Below are positions 39,892 through 50,988 of a stretch of DNA of 64,000 nt, in pieces. A model generated the notes under the pieces. The model worked only from the letters and a program-made list of their open reading frames with translations, searched no databases and was not told the origin of the DNA. This DNA is from Campylobacteraceae bacterium (GTDB lineage: Bacteria; Campylobacterota; Campylobacteria; Campylobacterales; Sulfurovaceae), in the NCBI GenBank assembly GCA_027065385.1, contig JAMOOP010000172.1, positions 1,714 to 65,713 of the forward strand, in the 5' to 3' direction. The position numbers and the translations under genes were made by a program. Numbering within the stretch: the first letter of the stretch is position 1; every line of letters begins with the position of its first letter.

Positions 39892-40220
39892 ACCAATACG
39901 ATGTATATTTAGCTGATTTAAATCCAACTATTGGTCGAGAACAGAGGGGAAAAAGACCAATATTAATTATTTCAAATAATTATGAAAATATTTTAGATGT
40001 AGTTACAATTATACCAATTACATCTCTTAAAAAAAATAGAAAAGTATATCCTAATGAGTTTCTATTAAAGTATGAATTAGAAAAACCCTCTATTCTTTTG
40101 TGTCAACAGATACGAACTATATCAAAAAAGAGATTAATTAAAAAATTAACAAATATAAATAATCCTTTCAGTCGTAAAGAGATTATGGAGATATTGTGTC
40201 GTAGATTTGATGAAGTATAG
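39888..40220 (+). CDS. mazF: PemK/MazF family toxin endoribonuclease
   Basis: DVYLADLNPTIGREQRGKRPILIISN, IPITS, QIRTISKKRL. Confidence 0.93.
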   Translation: MNQYDVYLADLNPTIGREQRGKRPILIISNNYENILDVVTIIPITSLKKNRKVYPNEFLLKYELEKPSILLCQQIRTISKKRLIKKLTNINNPFSRKEIMEILCRRFDEV

Positions 40221-40258
40221 TAAATTTATAAAATTAAATCAAGGTAAGCAAATAAAAA

Positions 40259-41422
40259 ATGACAAAAGAGTACATATTTACAAGTGAGTCAGTAACCGAA
40301 GGTCACCCAGATAAGATGGCAGACCAGATAAGTGATGCTATTTTAGACTATATTATAGAAAGAGACGAAAACGCAAGAGTTGCTTGTGAGACGGTTTTAA
40401 CTACAGGTATATGTCTAATTGCAGGAGAGCTTAAAACTGATATATATGCTCCAATGCAAGATATAGCAAGAGATGTAATTCGAGAGATTGGATATACTGA
40501 TGCCTCATTTGGATTTGATTATAGAAGTGCAGGAATTTTAAATGCTATTGGAGAGCAGAGTATAGATATTAATCAAGGAGTTGATAGAAGTTCAGGTGAA
40601 CTTGGAGCTGGTGACCAAGGCATGATGTTTGGTTACGCTTGTAGTGAAACAGATGAACTTATGCCTCTGCCTATCTCTTTAGCTCACAAATTAACGGCAA
40701 AACTAGCAGAAGTTAGAAAAAATGGAACAGTTCCATTTCTAAGACCAGATGGTAAAGCACAAGTTAGTGTAAAATATATAGATGGAAAACCAATATCAGT
40801 TGATACTGTAGTAATATCTGCTCAACACAATGATAATATATTCCCTTCTACTCTAAGAGATGCTATTATTACAGAAGTAATTGAAGAGGTTATTCCAAAA
40901 GAGTTACTAAAAGATACAACCTATCATATTAACCCAACAGGAAGATTTGTAATTGGAGGACCTCAAGGAGATGCTGGTTTAACTGGTAGAAAGATAGTTG
41001 TTGATACTTATGGTGGAAGTTGTCCTCATGGTGGAGGAGCTTTTTCAGGAAAAGACCCAACTAAAGTAGATAGAAGTGGTGCTTATATGGCTAGATATAT
41101 AGCTAAAAATTTAGTTTCAGCAGGAGTTAGTGAAAGATTAACCGTTCAATTAGCTTATGCTATTGGCATAGTAGAGCCTGTATCTATAATGGTTGATACT
41201 CATGGTAGCAGTAGTATAGAAAATTATAAAATAGAAGAGTGTATAAAGGATATTTTTAATCTATCACCTGCAGGGATTATTAAAGAGCTTGATTTACTAA
41301 AACCTATATATAAGAAAACAGCATCTTATGGTCACTTTGGTCGTGAAGATATGGGCTTTAGTTGGGAAAAAACTAATCGTGTAGATGAGATAAAAAGCTA
41401 CCTAAGAGTTAAAAAATGTTAG
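40259..41422 (+). CDS. metK: S-adenosylmethionine synthetase
   Basis: [35 protein letters not shown]. Confidence 0.98.
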   Translation: MTKEYIFTSESVTEGHPDKMADQISDAILDYIIERDENARVACETVLTTGICLIAGELKTDIYAPMQDIARDVIREIGYTDASFGFDYRSAGILNAIGEQSIDINQGVDRSSGELGAGDQGMMFGYACSETDELMPLPISLAHKLTAKLAEVRKNGTVPFLRPDGKAQVSVKYIDGKPISVDTVVISAQHNDNIFPSTLRDAIITEVIEEVIPKELLKDTTYHINPTGRFVIGGPQGDAGLTGRKIVVDTYGGSCPHGGGAFSGKDPTKVDRSGAYMARYIAKNLVSAGVSERLTVQLAYAIGIVEPVSIMVDTHGSSSIENYKIEECIKDIFNLSPAGIIKELDLLKPIYKKTASYGHFGREDMGFSWEKTNRVDEIKSYLRVKKC

Positions 41423-41496
41423 TTAAATTAAACATTTAAAGGGTTATTTAATTATCTTTTGCTATAGTTTTGAGTAACTTAAAATTAGGAGAAAAT

Positions 41497-41772
41497 ATGG
41501 CAGTAATTATTACTGATACTTGTATCAATTGTGCAGCTTGTATTGACGAATGTCCAGTAGAAGCAATCGTAGATGAGGATGATAACCCAACAGGTGAAGA
41601 AACCTATTATGTTTATGCAGATAAATGTGTAGAGTGTGTTGACCATTTTGATGTTCCAGCATGTGCTGAAGCTTGTCCAACAGAGGGTTGTATCCAATGG
41701 AGCGACTGTGTTGATGGTATGCCTTGCTCACCAGATAGAGGTGAAAAGGGTGAACCAGTTATTGAAGACTAG
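41497..41772 (+). CDS. 2x[4Fe-4S] ferredoxin
   Basis: CINCAACIDECP and CVEC-x8-CAEACP style clusters; ATG behind an AGGAG SD. Confidence 0.93.
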   Translation: MAVIITDTCINCAACIDECPVEAIVDEDDNPTGEETYYVYADKCVECVDHFDVPACAEACPTEGCIQWSDCVDGMPCSPDRGEKGEPVIED

Positions 41773-41788
41773 TTCTTTTTAACCTTTT

Positions 41789-41811
41789 TGGGTATCTATT
41801 ATAGATACCCA
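41789..41811 (+). terminator. Hairpin after the ferredoxin gene
   Basis: TGGGTATCTA-TTA-TAGATACCCA perfect 10-bp stem. Confidence 0.6.
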
Positions 41812-41934
41812 TCTATTAAAACCTTCTTTAAAAAATTTTCTAAAAAAGCTTTTTTTCATTAACTTTTTGATAGTATTCCACTCTAAAATAGAATGGATAG
41901 TAATTTTTATACTATCACAATGGAGCAAATACCA

Positions 41935-42348
41935 ATGGAACAAACATTATCAATTATTAAGCCTGACGCTGTAGCTAAAAATGTAGTAGGTCAAATCTTA
42001 GCTAGATTTGAAAATGCAGGGCTAAGAATTGCAGCAACTAAAAAAATTCAATTAAGCCAAGCTGATGCTGAAGCTTTTTATGCAGTTCACTCTGAAAGAC
42101 CTTTCTTTAAAGATTTAGTTGAATTTATGATTAGTGGTCCAGTTGTAGTAACTGTATTAGAGGGTGAAAATGCAATGGCTAAAAATAGAGAGCTTATGGG
42201 TGCCACTAATCCTAAAGAGGCTGAAGCTGGTACTATTAGAGCTGATTTTGCTGAAAGTATTGATGCTAATGCAGTTCATGGAAGTGACTCTGTAGAAAAT
42301 GCTGAAATTGAAATTAACTTTTTCTTTGCACAAAGAGAGATTGTATAA
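41935..42348 (+). CDS. ndk: Nucleoside diphosphate kinase
   Basis: [28 protein letters not shown]. Start refined to 41935. Confidence 0.98.
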   Translation: MEQTLSIIKPDAVAKNVVGQILARFENAGLRIAATKKIQLSQADAEAFYAVHSERPFFKDLVEFMISGPVVVTVLEGENAMAKNRELMGATNPKEAEAGTIRADFAESIDANAVHGSDSVENAEIEINFFFAQREIV

Positions 42349-42355
42349 TTAAACT

Positions 42356-42730
42356 ATGAAAATAGTTTTTGATAAGGTAAATCATACTAAAAGACCTTTT
42401 AAATTGAGTGTTAATAGTATCTCTTTAGAGGGTAATTTAGTAAAAAGAGGTTATCATCGTGTTAGTTTAAATGGAAATCTACAAGGTATTATAAATTTAA
42501 TATGTGATAGATGTGGAGATGAGTTTAAAGAAGATATTAGCTCACCTCTTAATTTAACTTTAAGTGATGAAGTTATAGAAACACAAGATGATTTAGATAT
42601 AATCGAATTTTTAGATGGAGTTATTGATATTGAATTTATTATTCAAAGTGAAATAGCATCTATTCAAAACTCATATCATATATGTAAAAAATGTGAGAGT
42701 GATAAAGACGAATTTGAAAGAGAATTTTAA
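42356..42730 (+). CDS. DUF177 / YceD family protein
   Basis: CDRC and C..C pairs; position upstream of rpmF. Confidence 0.8.
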   Translation: MKIVFDKVNHTKRPFKLSVNSISLEGNLVKRGYHRVSLNGNLQGIINLICDRCGDEFKEDISSPLNLTLSDEVIETQDDLDIIEFLDGVIDIEFIIQSEIASIQNSYHICKKCESDKDEFEREF

Positions 42731-42772
42731 AGTTTTAGCTTTAAGAAAATAAAAAATAAAAAAGGATAAAAA

Positions 42773-42934
42773 ATGGCAGTACCTAAGAGACGAGTAAGTA
42801 AAACAAGATCGGCAAAGAGAAGAACACACTATAAAGTTACACTTCCAAGACCTGTAAAAGATGAAGATGGAACATGGAGAATGCCTCACCATATCAATTT
42901 GACAACTGGTGAATATAAGACGACTAAAGCGTAG
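42773..42934 (+). CDS. rpmF: 50S ribosomal protein L32 (Cys-free type), missing from the ORF track
   Basis: [60 protein letters not shown], yceD-rpmF-plsX order. Confidence 0.97.
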   Translation: MAVPKRRVSKTRSAKRRTHYKVTLPRPVKDEDGTWRMPHHINLTTGEYKTTKA

Positions 42935-42946
42935 TAAGCAGTTTTT

Positions 42947-43945
42947 ATGATTAGAATTGCCATAGACGCAATGGGTGGGGACTTTGGTCCTGAACCTATT
43001 ATTGAAGGTGTAATTCAAGCACTTGATGAAAAAAATTTCTTACCTATACTTGTAGGTGATAGAGAACAGATATTCCAACACCTCCCACAATATTACTTAG
43101 AGCAAGTAGAGATAGTAGAAGCAAGTGATGTTATTTCAATGAGTGACTCTGCAACACAAGCTTTAAAAAGAAAAGAGTCATCTATATATAAAGCTGTTGA
43201 GTTAGTAAGAAATAAAAAAGCAGATGGTGTAGTATCAGCAGGACATAGTGGTGCTACAATGGCACTTGCTACTTTAAGAATAGGAAGACTTCCTGATATA
43301 TCTAAACCAGCCCTTGCTACTATTATGCCAAGCCTTTCACCTATTGCAAATACACTTCTACTTGATGTAGGAGCTGTTACAGATTGTACTCCTAAAAATC
43401 TATATGAGTTTGCTATTATGGGTGAAGTTTATGCTCAAAAAGTTTTAGGACTTAGAAAACCATCAGTTGGACTTTTAGCTAATGGTGAAGAGGATAGTAA
43501 AGGAAATGCTTTAACAAAAGAGGCTTTTAAACTTATGAAAAATGGTGTCCCAGGTTTTAAAGGCAATGTTGAAGGTAGTGATATTTTTAATGGCTCTGTT
43601 GATGTTGTTGTGTGTGATGGGTTTACAGGAAATATTACACTAAAGGCTAGTGAAGGTGTAGCTTCAACTATTTTTGCTCTAATGAAAACACAAATAAGAA
43701 AATCAATTCCTGCAAAAATTGGTGCTTTGCTTATGAAGAAAAAAGTGTTTACAAAACTTAAAAATAAAGTAGATTATGCAGAATATGGTGGCGCACCTTT
43801 ACTTGGAGTAAATGGTTGTGCTATTATATCGCACGGAAAAAGTAATGCTAAAGCAATTAAAAATGCTATTTTTCAAGCTATAGCATATAATGATTCTAAA
43901 GTTAATATTGCAATTGAAGAGTTGCTTCTTAAAAATAAGGTATAA
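42947..43945 (+). CDS. plsX: Phosphate acyltransferase PlsX
   Basis: [35 protein letters not shown]. Confidence 0.97.
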   Translation: MIRIAIDAMGGDFGPEPIIEGVIQALDEKNFLPILVGDREQIFQHLPQYYLEQVEIVEASDVISMSDSATQALKRKESSIYKAVELVRNKKADGVVSAGHSGATMALATLRIGRLPDISKPALATIMPSLSPIANTLLLDVGAVTDCTPKNLYEFAIMGEVYAQKVLGLRKPSVGLLANGEEDSKGNALTKEAFKLMKNGVPGFKGNVEGSDIFNGSVDVVVCDGFTGNITLKASEGVASTIFALMKTQIRKSIPAKIGALLMKKKVFTKLKNKVDYAEYGGAPLLGVNGCAIISHGKSNAKAIKNAIFQAIAYNDSKVNIAIEELLLKNKV

Positions 43946-43953
43946 GGTAAAAA

Positions 43954-44952
43954 ATGTACGCAAAATTTCACTCTATAGGGGCTTTTGTACCCTCGAAAGT
44001 ATTGAGCAATGCTGATTTAGAAAAGATGGTTGATACCAGTGATGAATGGATTTTAAAGCGTACAGGTATTAAAGAGAGGCGTATTGCTAGTGAAAATGAA
44101 GTTACTAGTGATATGGCTACTATCGCTTCAAAAATAGCCATAAAAAGAGCTGGTTTAGAAAAAGAGGATATTGATTTAGTTGTTTGTGCTACTGTTACAC
44201 CAGACTACTTTAATATGCCTTCTACTGCATGTGTAATTTCTGATAAACTAGGTATTAAAAATGTTCAAGCATTTGATATAAGTGCTGCTTGTAGTGGTTT
44301 TGTATATGCTCTAAGTGTAGCAAAAGCGTTTATAGAATCGGGCATGAAAAAACATGTACTTATAATTGGTGCTGAAAAGTTTAGCTCTTTAGTTGACTAT
44401 ACAGATAGAAGTACCTGTATATTATTTGGAGATGGAGCAGGTTCTGCTGTTATATCTGCTACAGAAGATAAAAATGAGGCTATAATTGATATTCATGCAA
44501 GTGCAGATGGAAGTTATGCAGACTTTTTAGTAACTCCTGCCCCTGGTGCAGTTCACCCAGTATCTCAAAAAGTTATAGATGAAGGTTTAAACTTTGTTCA
44601 AATGAAAGGAAATGAGACCTTTAAATTAGCAGTTAGAACTTTAACTAAAGATGTAAAAGAGATTTTAGCAAAAAATAAAATAGATGCAAAAGATATTCCA
44701 CACTTTGTTCCACATCAAGCAAACTATCGTATTATTAAAGCTGTGGGAGATGCGTTAAAGATGACAGAAGAACAAGTAGTACTAACTGTTGGAAAATATG
44801 GTAACACTTCAGCTGCATCAATTCCTATGGCAATAAATGATATTTACGAGTCAGGAAGACTTAAAAAAGGTGAGCTAATGTTACTTGATACATTTGGTGG
44901 AGGTCTTACTTGGGCTAGTGCCTTACTACCATTTGCAGGAGAGAGTTTATAA
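43954..44952 (+). CDS. fabH: Beta-ketoacyl-ACP synthase III
   Basis: [31 protein letters not shown]. Confidence 0.97.
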   Translation: MYAKFHSIGAFVPSKVLSNADLEKMVDTSDEWILKRTGIKERRIASENEVTSDMATIASKIAIKRAGLEKEDIDLVVCATVTPDYFNMPSTACVISDKLGIKNVQAFDISAACSGFVYALSVAKAFIESGMKKHVLIIGAEKFSSLVDYTDRSTCILFGDGAGSAVISATEDKNEAIIDIHASADGSYADFLVTPAPGAVHPVSQKVIDEGLNFVQMKGNETFKLAVRTLTKDVKEILAKNKIDAKDIPHFVPHQANYRIIKAVGDALKMTEEQVVLTVGKYGNTSAASIPMAINDIYESGRLKKGELMLLDTFGGGLTWASALLPFAGESL

Positions 44953-44960
44953 ATATTATT

Positions 44961-46481
44961 CTACTCAAGCTTACCAGTTAAAATTGAGTGAATATAAGCA
45001 ATAGCTACACCTAAAATAAGACCTAAAATAAGAGCTGTTAAAAGAACAATTCCTCTTCTAGGTCTAATAGGAATACCATTTGAGTAAGCTCTATCTATAA
45101 CCTCATAATCAGATATAGTAGCTACTCTTTTCATCTCATTTTCAGATTTTTTCTCTAAAAGATAAGAGTACATATTAGAATTTACCTCATATCTTCTTTT
45201 TAAGTGAATAAGCTGTTTTTCTTTACTTGGAAGAGTTTTTAACTCACTCTCATACTCTTTTTTTAAAGCTAAAAGATTTTTATGCTTATTTCTTATATCA
45301 GATTTTATATTTTTAATATTTAAAGAGATAAGATGTCTCTTTTTCTTAATATCTCTTCTTAAAGTTTTTAATTGTGGATACTTTTCTGTAAACTCTGTAC
45401 TTAATTCACTAGCTCTAGCTTCTAAAACTTGTAACTGTTCTATTACTCTAACTGTAGTCTCATCACCAATCTCTCTTAAAGTTGGTGTTATAGTCTCTAA
45501 ATGTCTATTTTTTTTAATAAATGGCATAACTCTTTTTATCAATTTAGATTTTATTCTATTTTCATATAACTCAATCTCAATACGACTTAATCTATCTAAA
45601 ATAGCAGAAGATTGAATAGATGGCTCTATTATATTATTAGAAACCCTATATCTCTCTAATTGATTTTCAGACTCTTCTAATTTTTGTCCTATTATTTTTA
45701 GTTGACCATTTATAAAATCTAAAATTTTATTACTCTTTTTACTCTTGTCAGTTATGCTCTGTTTTATATAAGCATCTATAAGTGCATCAACATAAATCTT
45801 AGCTCTTAAGGGAGATGTATCTTCATAACTTACTTTAATTAGTGATACTTTATCATTTAACTTAGATACTTTTAGATTTTTTTTTACTATATTTTCATAG
45901 ATTTTTCTATTACTACCATTTAGTTTAAAAAATATATCTTGGTTAAAGTTAGAACTCTTTTTAACAATAAATTTAAAGTTTTTTGTCTTAATCCACTCTC
46001 TATATTTATACTTTCTCTTACCTAAAACTCCATTTTGTTTAAGTTGAAAACCATCTTTTATAGGGTGAAGTATAATCTCTTTACCAATAATCTTTGGATT
46101 TAAAATAGTTATATTATCTATTTCTATTGGAGGATTTAAAAAATATTCAACTTTTTTATAACCCTCTTTTCTGAAATATTGCACTTCTAAATTTAGCTTA
46201 TCAATAGCCTTATTATTAGTATAAAAAGTCTTTAAAATAGCCAATTCTTGGTCAACTCCTCTAGTTCCACTAATGGCTAAAGCATTACTTAAAGGGTCTT
46301 GATTTACTATATTATGGGTATCTGATTTTATCTTTATAAGTGCAGAAGAGATATATATAGATGGTTGAAAATATAAATATAGTGCTGTTAATATTAATAA
46401 TAAAAAAGCTATAGAAAAAATTAACCACTTATATGGAGCAGTAATTTTAAGAAACTCCAAAAAATATATTTTATCTTTCAT
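44961..46481 (-). CDS. Polysaccharide co-polymerase (Wzc/GumC N-terminal part) without a tyrosine kinase domain
   Basis: Two TM segments flanking a long coiled coil, PSIYISSALI, T..YP, VIDRA....PIRP. Ends right after TM2 with no Walker A. Confidence 0.8.
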   Translation of the reverse strand: MKDKIYFLEFLKITAPYKWLIFSIAFLLLILTALYLYFQPSIYISSALIKIKSDTHNIVNQDPLSNALAISGTRGVDQELAILKTFYTNNKAIDKLNLEVQYFRKEGYKKVEYFLNPPIEIDNITILNPKIIGKEIILHPIKDGFQLKQNGVLGKRKYKYREWIKTKNFKFIVKKSSNFNQDIFFKLNGSNRKIYENIVKKNLKVSKLNDKVSLIKVSYEDTSPLRAKIYVDALIDAYIKQSITDKSKKSNKILDFINGQLKIIGQKLEESENQLERYRVSNNIIEPSIQSSAILDRLSRIEIELYENRIKSKLIKRVMPFIKKNRHLETITPTLREIGDETTVRVIEQLQVLEARASELSTEFTEKYPQLKTLRRDIKKKRHLISLNIKNIKSDIRNKHKNLLALKKEYESELKTLPSKEKQLIHLKRRYEVNSNMYSYLLEKKSENEMKRVATISDYEVIDRAYSNGIPIRPRRGIVLLTALILGLILGVAIAYIHSILTGKLE

Positions 46482-46583
46482 AATAGACCTCTATTTTTAA
46501 GTTAATATAATTTTAACATAATAAAAATAAAAAACAACAATATTTAACTTTAAATATTAAATATTTTATAAAGGTCTAAAATT

Positions 46584-47873
46584 TTAATTGACTACAATAA
46601 TATTATTAACTAATTTTAACTGCTCAAAATTATTAGTAATAACCAATAAAGAAATATACGCATTTATCATATCATAAATATTCTCTACAAATCTATACTT
46701 TACTTCATAAAGTTTACTTTTTGCCTCATTTAAATCTAAGCTACTTTTTAATCCTGCATTAAAGCTTTGCTCTATTGAATTTAAATATGCTCTAGCAGAC
46801 TCTAGTGACTCTTTATAGAGTGCTAAGGATTTAGATGAAGAGTCAAATGTTGCTAAATTCTCTTCATACTCCTCTTTTATCTCATCTTCAACTTGAAGTA
46901 GAGACTCTTTTGCTGAACTGTATGATAGTTTAGATGCTGTAACTCTTGACTCTACTGCTCCACCTTGATAGATTGGTATCTGTATCTGTAACATTACAGA
47001 TTTAGTATTTTCTAAACTTGAAACTCTAGCTTCTGCATTTATTTTTGAATATTGTGCATTTACACTAACTGTTGGGAAGTGTGCCGATTTTGCTCCCTTT
47101 ATCTCTTTTGCTGATAGGTCTAGGTTCATTTTAGACTGTTCTAGTTTTAGGTTAGATGAGAACTCATTACTACTATTTTCAACTGCACTTCTCATCTGTG
47201 CTACTATATCATCTGTTATTCTATTAAAATCTATAGTAGGAAGTTCTATTGAATTAACACCTGTTAAGTGTCTAAGTTTTAACTTATTTACTCTAATAAA
47301 CTTTTTCTCTCTTCTTAAATCCATTCTTGAAAAGTGATAATCAACCTCACTTTGAAGTAAATCTGTTTTAGTACCTAAAGATAGTTCTAACTTCTTATTT
47401 AAAAGTTCTACTCTTTTCTCTTTCGCATTAATATAAGCGTTATAGACTTCTATTTTATTTTTAGATTTTAGTATATCCATATAGATTTTAAAAACGCTTT
47501 GAGCTAACTCTTGCTTTTGAAACTCAACTTTAAAATTATCTAATTTAATCTTTGATTTTGTAATATCAACTCTATTTATCTTACTTGCATCATAAATAGA
47601 CTCATTAAAAGAGAGAGTGTAGTTAGATAATCTTCCACTTCCTTCTCCATCATACTCTTTTTTACCATAAGTAGCACTAAGATATATTTGAGGATATAGT
47701 TCTGCTTTTGCTTGGTTTAGTTGCTCTCTATTTGCTTCAATCTGATACTCTGATGCTTTTATCTCTTTTGAATTTTGTAGTGCTAGATTATAAGCATCTG
47801 TTATACTTAATATATCTGCACTAAGAAAACTAGATAATAAGAGTAGAGATAATACTATTTTTTTACTCTTCAT
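46584..47873 (-). CDS. TolC-family outer membrane channel of the T1SS (SapF-like)
   Basis: Signal peptide; AKAELYPQI, A.S.HFPTV, IPIYQGG, G..S.LD...A. Confidence 0.92.
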   Translation of the reverse strand: MKSKKIVLSLLLLSSFLSADILSITDAYNLALQNSKEIKASEYQIEANREQLNQAKAELYPQIYLSATYGKKEYDGEGSGRLSNYTLSFNESIYDASKINRVDITKSKIKLDNFKVEFQKQELAQSVFKIYMDILKSKNKIEVYNAYINAKEKRVELLNKKLELSLGTKTDLLQSEVDYHFSRMDLRREKKFIRVNKLKLRHLTGVNSIELPTIDFNRITDDIVAQMRSAVENSSNEFSSNLKLEQSKMNLDLSAKEIKGAKSAHFPTVSVNAQYSKINAEARVSSLENTKSVMLQIQIPIYQGGAVESRVTASKLSYSSAKESLLQVEDEIKEEYEENLATFDSSSKSLALYKESLESARAYLNSIEQSFNAGLKSSLDLNEAKSKLYEVKYRFVENIYDMINAYISLLVITNNFEQLKLVNNIIVVN

Positions 47874-49158
47874 TAAAGCCTCTTACAGCCATCTGTTTAA
47901 ATGGCTTAATAAAGTAATCTAATGCTGTTCTAGTTCCTGTCTGTATCATAACAGTTGCAGGCATTCCAGCAACAAGTGTAAATCCATGTTTTTTTAACTC
48001 CTCTTCTCCCTCTTTTGTAACCTCTACTTTTGCTTCATAATATGGTTGATGAGTTGCTTTATCTATAAAACTATCTGCTGATACTGATATAACTTTTCCA
48101 TTAATTACATGAAGTTTTTTAGCATTAAATGCAGGAAACATAATATTCGATACTAAACCAACTCTAACATTATCTATATCGGTAGTTTTTACCTTAGCAA
48201 TTATAATCAATTTTGCATCTTTTGGTACAATTTCTAAAATATCTTGACCTCTACCAATAACACCACCTATTGTGTGCATTTTAAGTCCTACAATAGTACC
48301 ACTAGCAGGTGATATAATCTTTGTTCTTTTAAGTTTATCTTCTGTAGCAATAATTTTAGATTTTAAATCTTCAATTTTTGATTTAGTCTGAACTAATCTA
48401 TCTAATATATCCTCTTTAAATTTCTTTTTTCTAAGAAGTTGTTGAGTTTTAAGTTCATTAATTTGCTCTCGTAATCTTGCAATATCAGCTATTTTACTAG
48501 CTATATCACCCTCAATACTATTAGCTTCTCTATCTAAATCTTGTATTTTTAATTTATCTACAAGTTGCTGTTTAAATAAAATCTCTTGTTCTCTTCTCTC
48601 TCTAGCAATAGAGTGCAATCTATTTTTCTTACTATCAATTAGTGCCTTTAGACTACTAATTTGCTTTTTAGTTTGGAGTATTCTTTTTTGAGTAATAATA
48701 TCTTCATCTTTTAGAGATTTTTTATTAGTATAGAATATATTTTTTTGATTATCAATTATACTTTTGTGCTTTATCTCTTTAGAAAACTTTATAGATGATT
48801 TATTATCTATTTGAGCTTTTAGCCTATCATAAGTTGCTAACATATCTTCATATTGTGACTCCAATATATTTAGGTTCTCTTTTATCTGAACATCTTCTAA
48901 CTCTATTAAGACATCACCCTTTTTTACAACATCACCATCTTTAACATGGATAGCTTTTACTATTCCACCATCTAAATGTTGTACTGTTTTTTTTGCAGTT
49001 CCTGCCGATACTTGTCCAGAGGCTACTGAAGATGTAGCCAAAGGTGCGTAATACATCCAACCACCCAATATTCCAAATACTATAAAAAGAACTGTTAATC
49101 CAAAAAATATTGCAGGGGCAGTATTATCAGAAGGTATATTACTATTTTTATCTTTCAT
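47863..49158 (-). CDS. HlyD-family T1SS membrane fusion protein (SapE/PrtE-like)
   Basis: KTVQHLDGGIV, I.SPASG, H.IGGVI, LVAGMPA..I.TG.RT..DY..KP. Confidence 0.95.
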   Translation of the reverse strand: MKDKNSNIPSDNTAPAIFFGLTVLFIVFGILGGWMYYAPLATSSVASGQVSAGTAKKTVQHLDGGIVKAIHVKDGDVVKKGDVLIELEDVQIKENLNILESQYEDMLATYDRLKAQIDNKSSIKFSKEIKHKSIIDNQKNIFYTNKKSLKDEDIITQKRILQTKKQISSLKALIDSKKNRLHSIARERREQEILFKQQLVDKLKIQDLDREANSIEGDIASKIADIARLREQINELKTQQLLRKKKFKEDILDRLVQTKSKIEDLKSKIIATEDKLKRTKIISPASGTIVGLKMHTIGGVIGRGQDILEIVPKDAKLIIIAKVKTTDIDNVRVGLVSNIMFPAFNAKKLHVINGKVISVSADSFIDKATHQPYYEAKVEVTKEGEEELKKHGFTLVAGMPATVMIQTGTRTALDYFIKPFKQMAVRGFNEE

Positions 49159-49166
49159 AATTTTCC

Positions 49167-50957
49167 TTAATTACTCGGTTTACCAAGAGTTACTTTTTGC
49201 ATAGTTGGTCTAGCTGCTGGTCTGCTTTGAGGTTGTGGTCTCTGTTGAGGAGGAGGTGTTTTATTGCCTCTTAATTTCGCTAAAACCTCATTGGTAGCTC
49301 CATACATCTCTACAAGACCATTTTTTAAAACTAATAGTTTATTGGTAACTTGTAGTATATTTGGTCTATGAGTTATAATAATTACTGTACTACCATTTGC
49401 TTTTAAAGAGCTAATAGCATTAATTAACCCCTGCTCTCCTAGCTCATCAAGATTTGAGTTTGGTTCATCTAAAACAACTAATACAGGATTGTTATATATA
49501 GCCCTAACCAATCCAATTCTCTGTCTTTGCCCACCTGAAAGTGATGAACCACCAACACCAATTTTTGTATCATACCCATCAGGAAGTCTTAAAATCATCT
49601 CATGAACACCAGCTTTTTGTGCAGCTTCAACCACTCTCTTAGGGTCAATCTCTCCAAATCTAGCAATATTTTCACTAACCGTTCCTTGAAAAAGCTCTAT
49701 ATCTTGTGGAAGATAACCAATATATTTACCTAAAGCTACCTTATCCCATTGAGATATATCAGCCTTATCAAGTCTTACTTTTCCATTATGCAAAGGCCAT
49801 AAACCAAGTATCGCTCTAGCTAAAGATGATTTTCCAGCAGCACTAGGTCCTATAACTCCTACAATATCACCTTTATTAATAACCATAGATATACCTCTAA
49901 TTGAAGGCTCTTTTCCATTAGGAGGAACAACTACAACCTGTTCTAAAATTAGTTCACCAGATGGTGCAGGTAGTTCCATATACTCTTTCTCTTTTGGAAA
50001 ATCATTTAAAAGTGCATTTAGCCTAACATAAGAGGTTCTAGCCCCACTAAACTGTTTCCAAGTATTTACCATTAAATCAAGTGGTGCTAAAGCACGACCC
50101 AACATAATAGAACCAGCAATCATCATACCAGAGTTTACTTCGTCAGTAATTGCTAAATATCCACCAAGACCTAACATAAGAGATTGTAACATCATTCTTG
50201 TAATCTTAGATGTATTTGCCCAAATACTAGCACTTGCACTAGCTTTTGATTGTGCATTTAGAAAATTAAAATGTTTCTCTTGCCATCTTTTTCTAATATT
50301 ATCTTTCATTCCCATAGCATGAATAACTTCAGCATTTCGCAGGTTACTATTTACATACATCATAGCTTCAGAGTTATACTCATTTGCCTTTTTTAGTTTC
50401 TCTTTAGTAGAAAACTCATTTAACATAGTAATAACAAGTAAAATAACAATAGCAACTAATGAAAAATATCCATAATCTGGGTGAAATAGAAATAAAACCC
50501 CCACATATATAGGAAGCCAAGGAGCATCAAAAAATGCAAATAGTCCATTACCTGTCATAAATTGTCTAATTTGTGTTAAATCACTTAAAGCTGTAGCTGA
50601 TGCTTTACTTGGATACTTTTCAGCCAATTTAAATAGTGAGTCAAAAACTCGTCCATTTAACGCTTTATCCATCTTATTACTTATACGAATTAAAACTCTT
50701 GAACGAACTATCTCTAGAAGTCCTAAAGTAATAAAAAGAACAACAACTATTGCTGTTAGCATAATAAGTGTCTCTTCACTTCTACTAGTTACAACTCTAC
50801 CATAAAGTTGTAACATATATAGAGTAGGAACAAGCATAAGGATATTTATAAACATACTAAAAAAACCAGCCATAACAAAGGCACTCTTTGCCTTAAATAT
50901 AGCCTTTCTTAACTCCCCTTGTGCTTTTTTTTGATTGGGTAATTGGATATTTGCCAT
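49167..50957 (-). CDS. T1SS ABC transporter permease/ATPase (PrtD/SapD-like)
   Basis: LYMLQ.Y.RV..SRS, AFFDAPW, GPSAAGKS, LSGGQRQRIG, LDEPNSNLD. Confidence 0.96.
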   Translation of the reverse strand: MANIQLPNQKKAQGELRKAIFKAKSAFVMAGFFSMFINILMLVPTLYMLQLYGRVVTSRSEETLIMLTAIVVVLFITLGLLEIVRSRVLIRISNKMDKALNGRVFDSLFKLAEKYPSKASATALSDLTQIRQFMTGNGLFAFFDAPWLPIYVGVLFLFHPDYGYFSLVAIVILLVITMLNEFSTKEKLKKANEYNSEAMMYVNSNLRNAEVIHAMGMKDNIRKRWQEKHFNFLNAQSKASASASIWANTSKITRMMLQSLMLGLGGYLAITDEVNSGMMIAGSIMLGRALAPLDLMVNTWKQFSGARTSYVRLNALLNDFPKEKEYMELPAPSGELILEQVVVVPPNGKEPSIRGISMVINKGDIVGVIGPSAAGKSSLARAILGLWPLHNGKVRLDKADISQWDKVALGKYIGYLPQDIELFQGTVSENIARFGEIDPKRVVEAAQKAGVHEMILRLPDGYDTKIGVGGSSLSGGQRQRIGLVRAIYNNPVLVVLDEPNSNLDELGEQGLINAISSLKANGSTVIIITHRPNILQVTNKLLVLKNGLVEMYGATNEVLAKLRGNKTPPPQQRPQPQSRPAARPTMQKVTLGKPSN

Positions 50958-50988
50958 TAGCTTCTGCTCCTCTTTATTTTAATACTTA

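Noticed and set aside
41485-41731. Two short minus-strand ORFs
   Set aside because: They are antisense to the ferredoxin gene and have no recognisable motifs.
42671-43018. 115-aa minus-strand ORF
   Set aside because: It is the antisense shadow of rpmF and the start of plsX.
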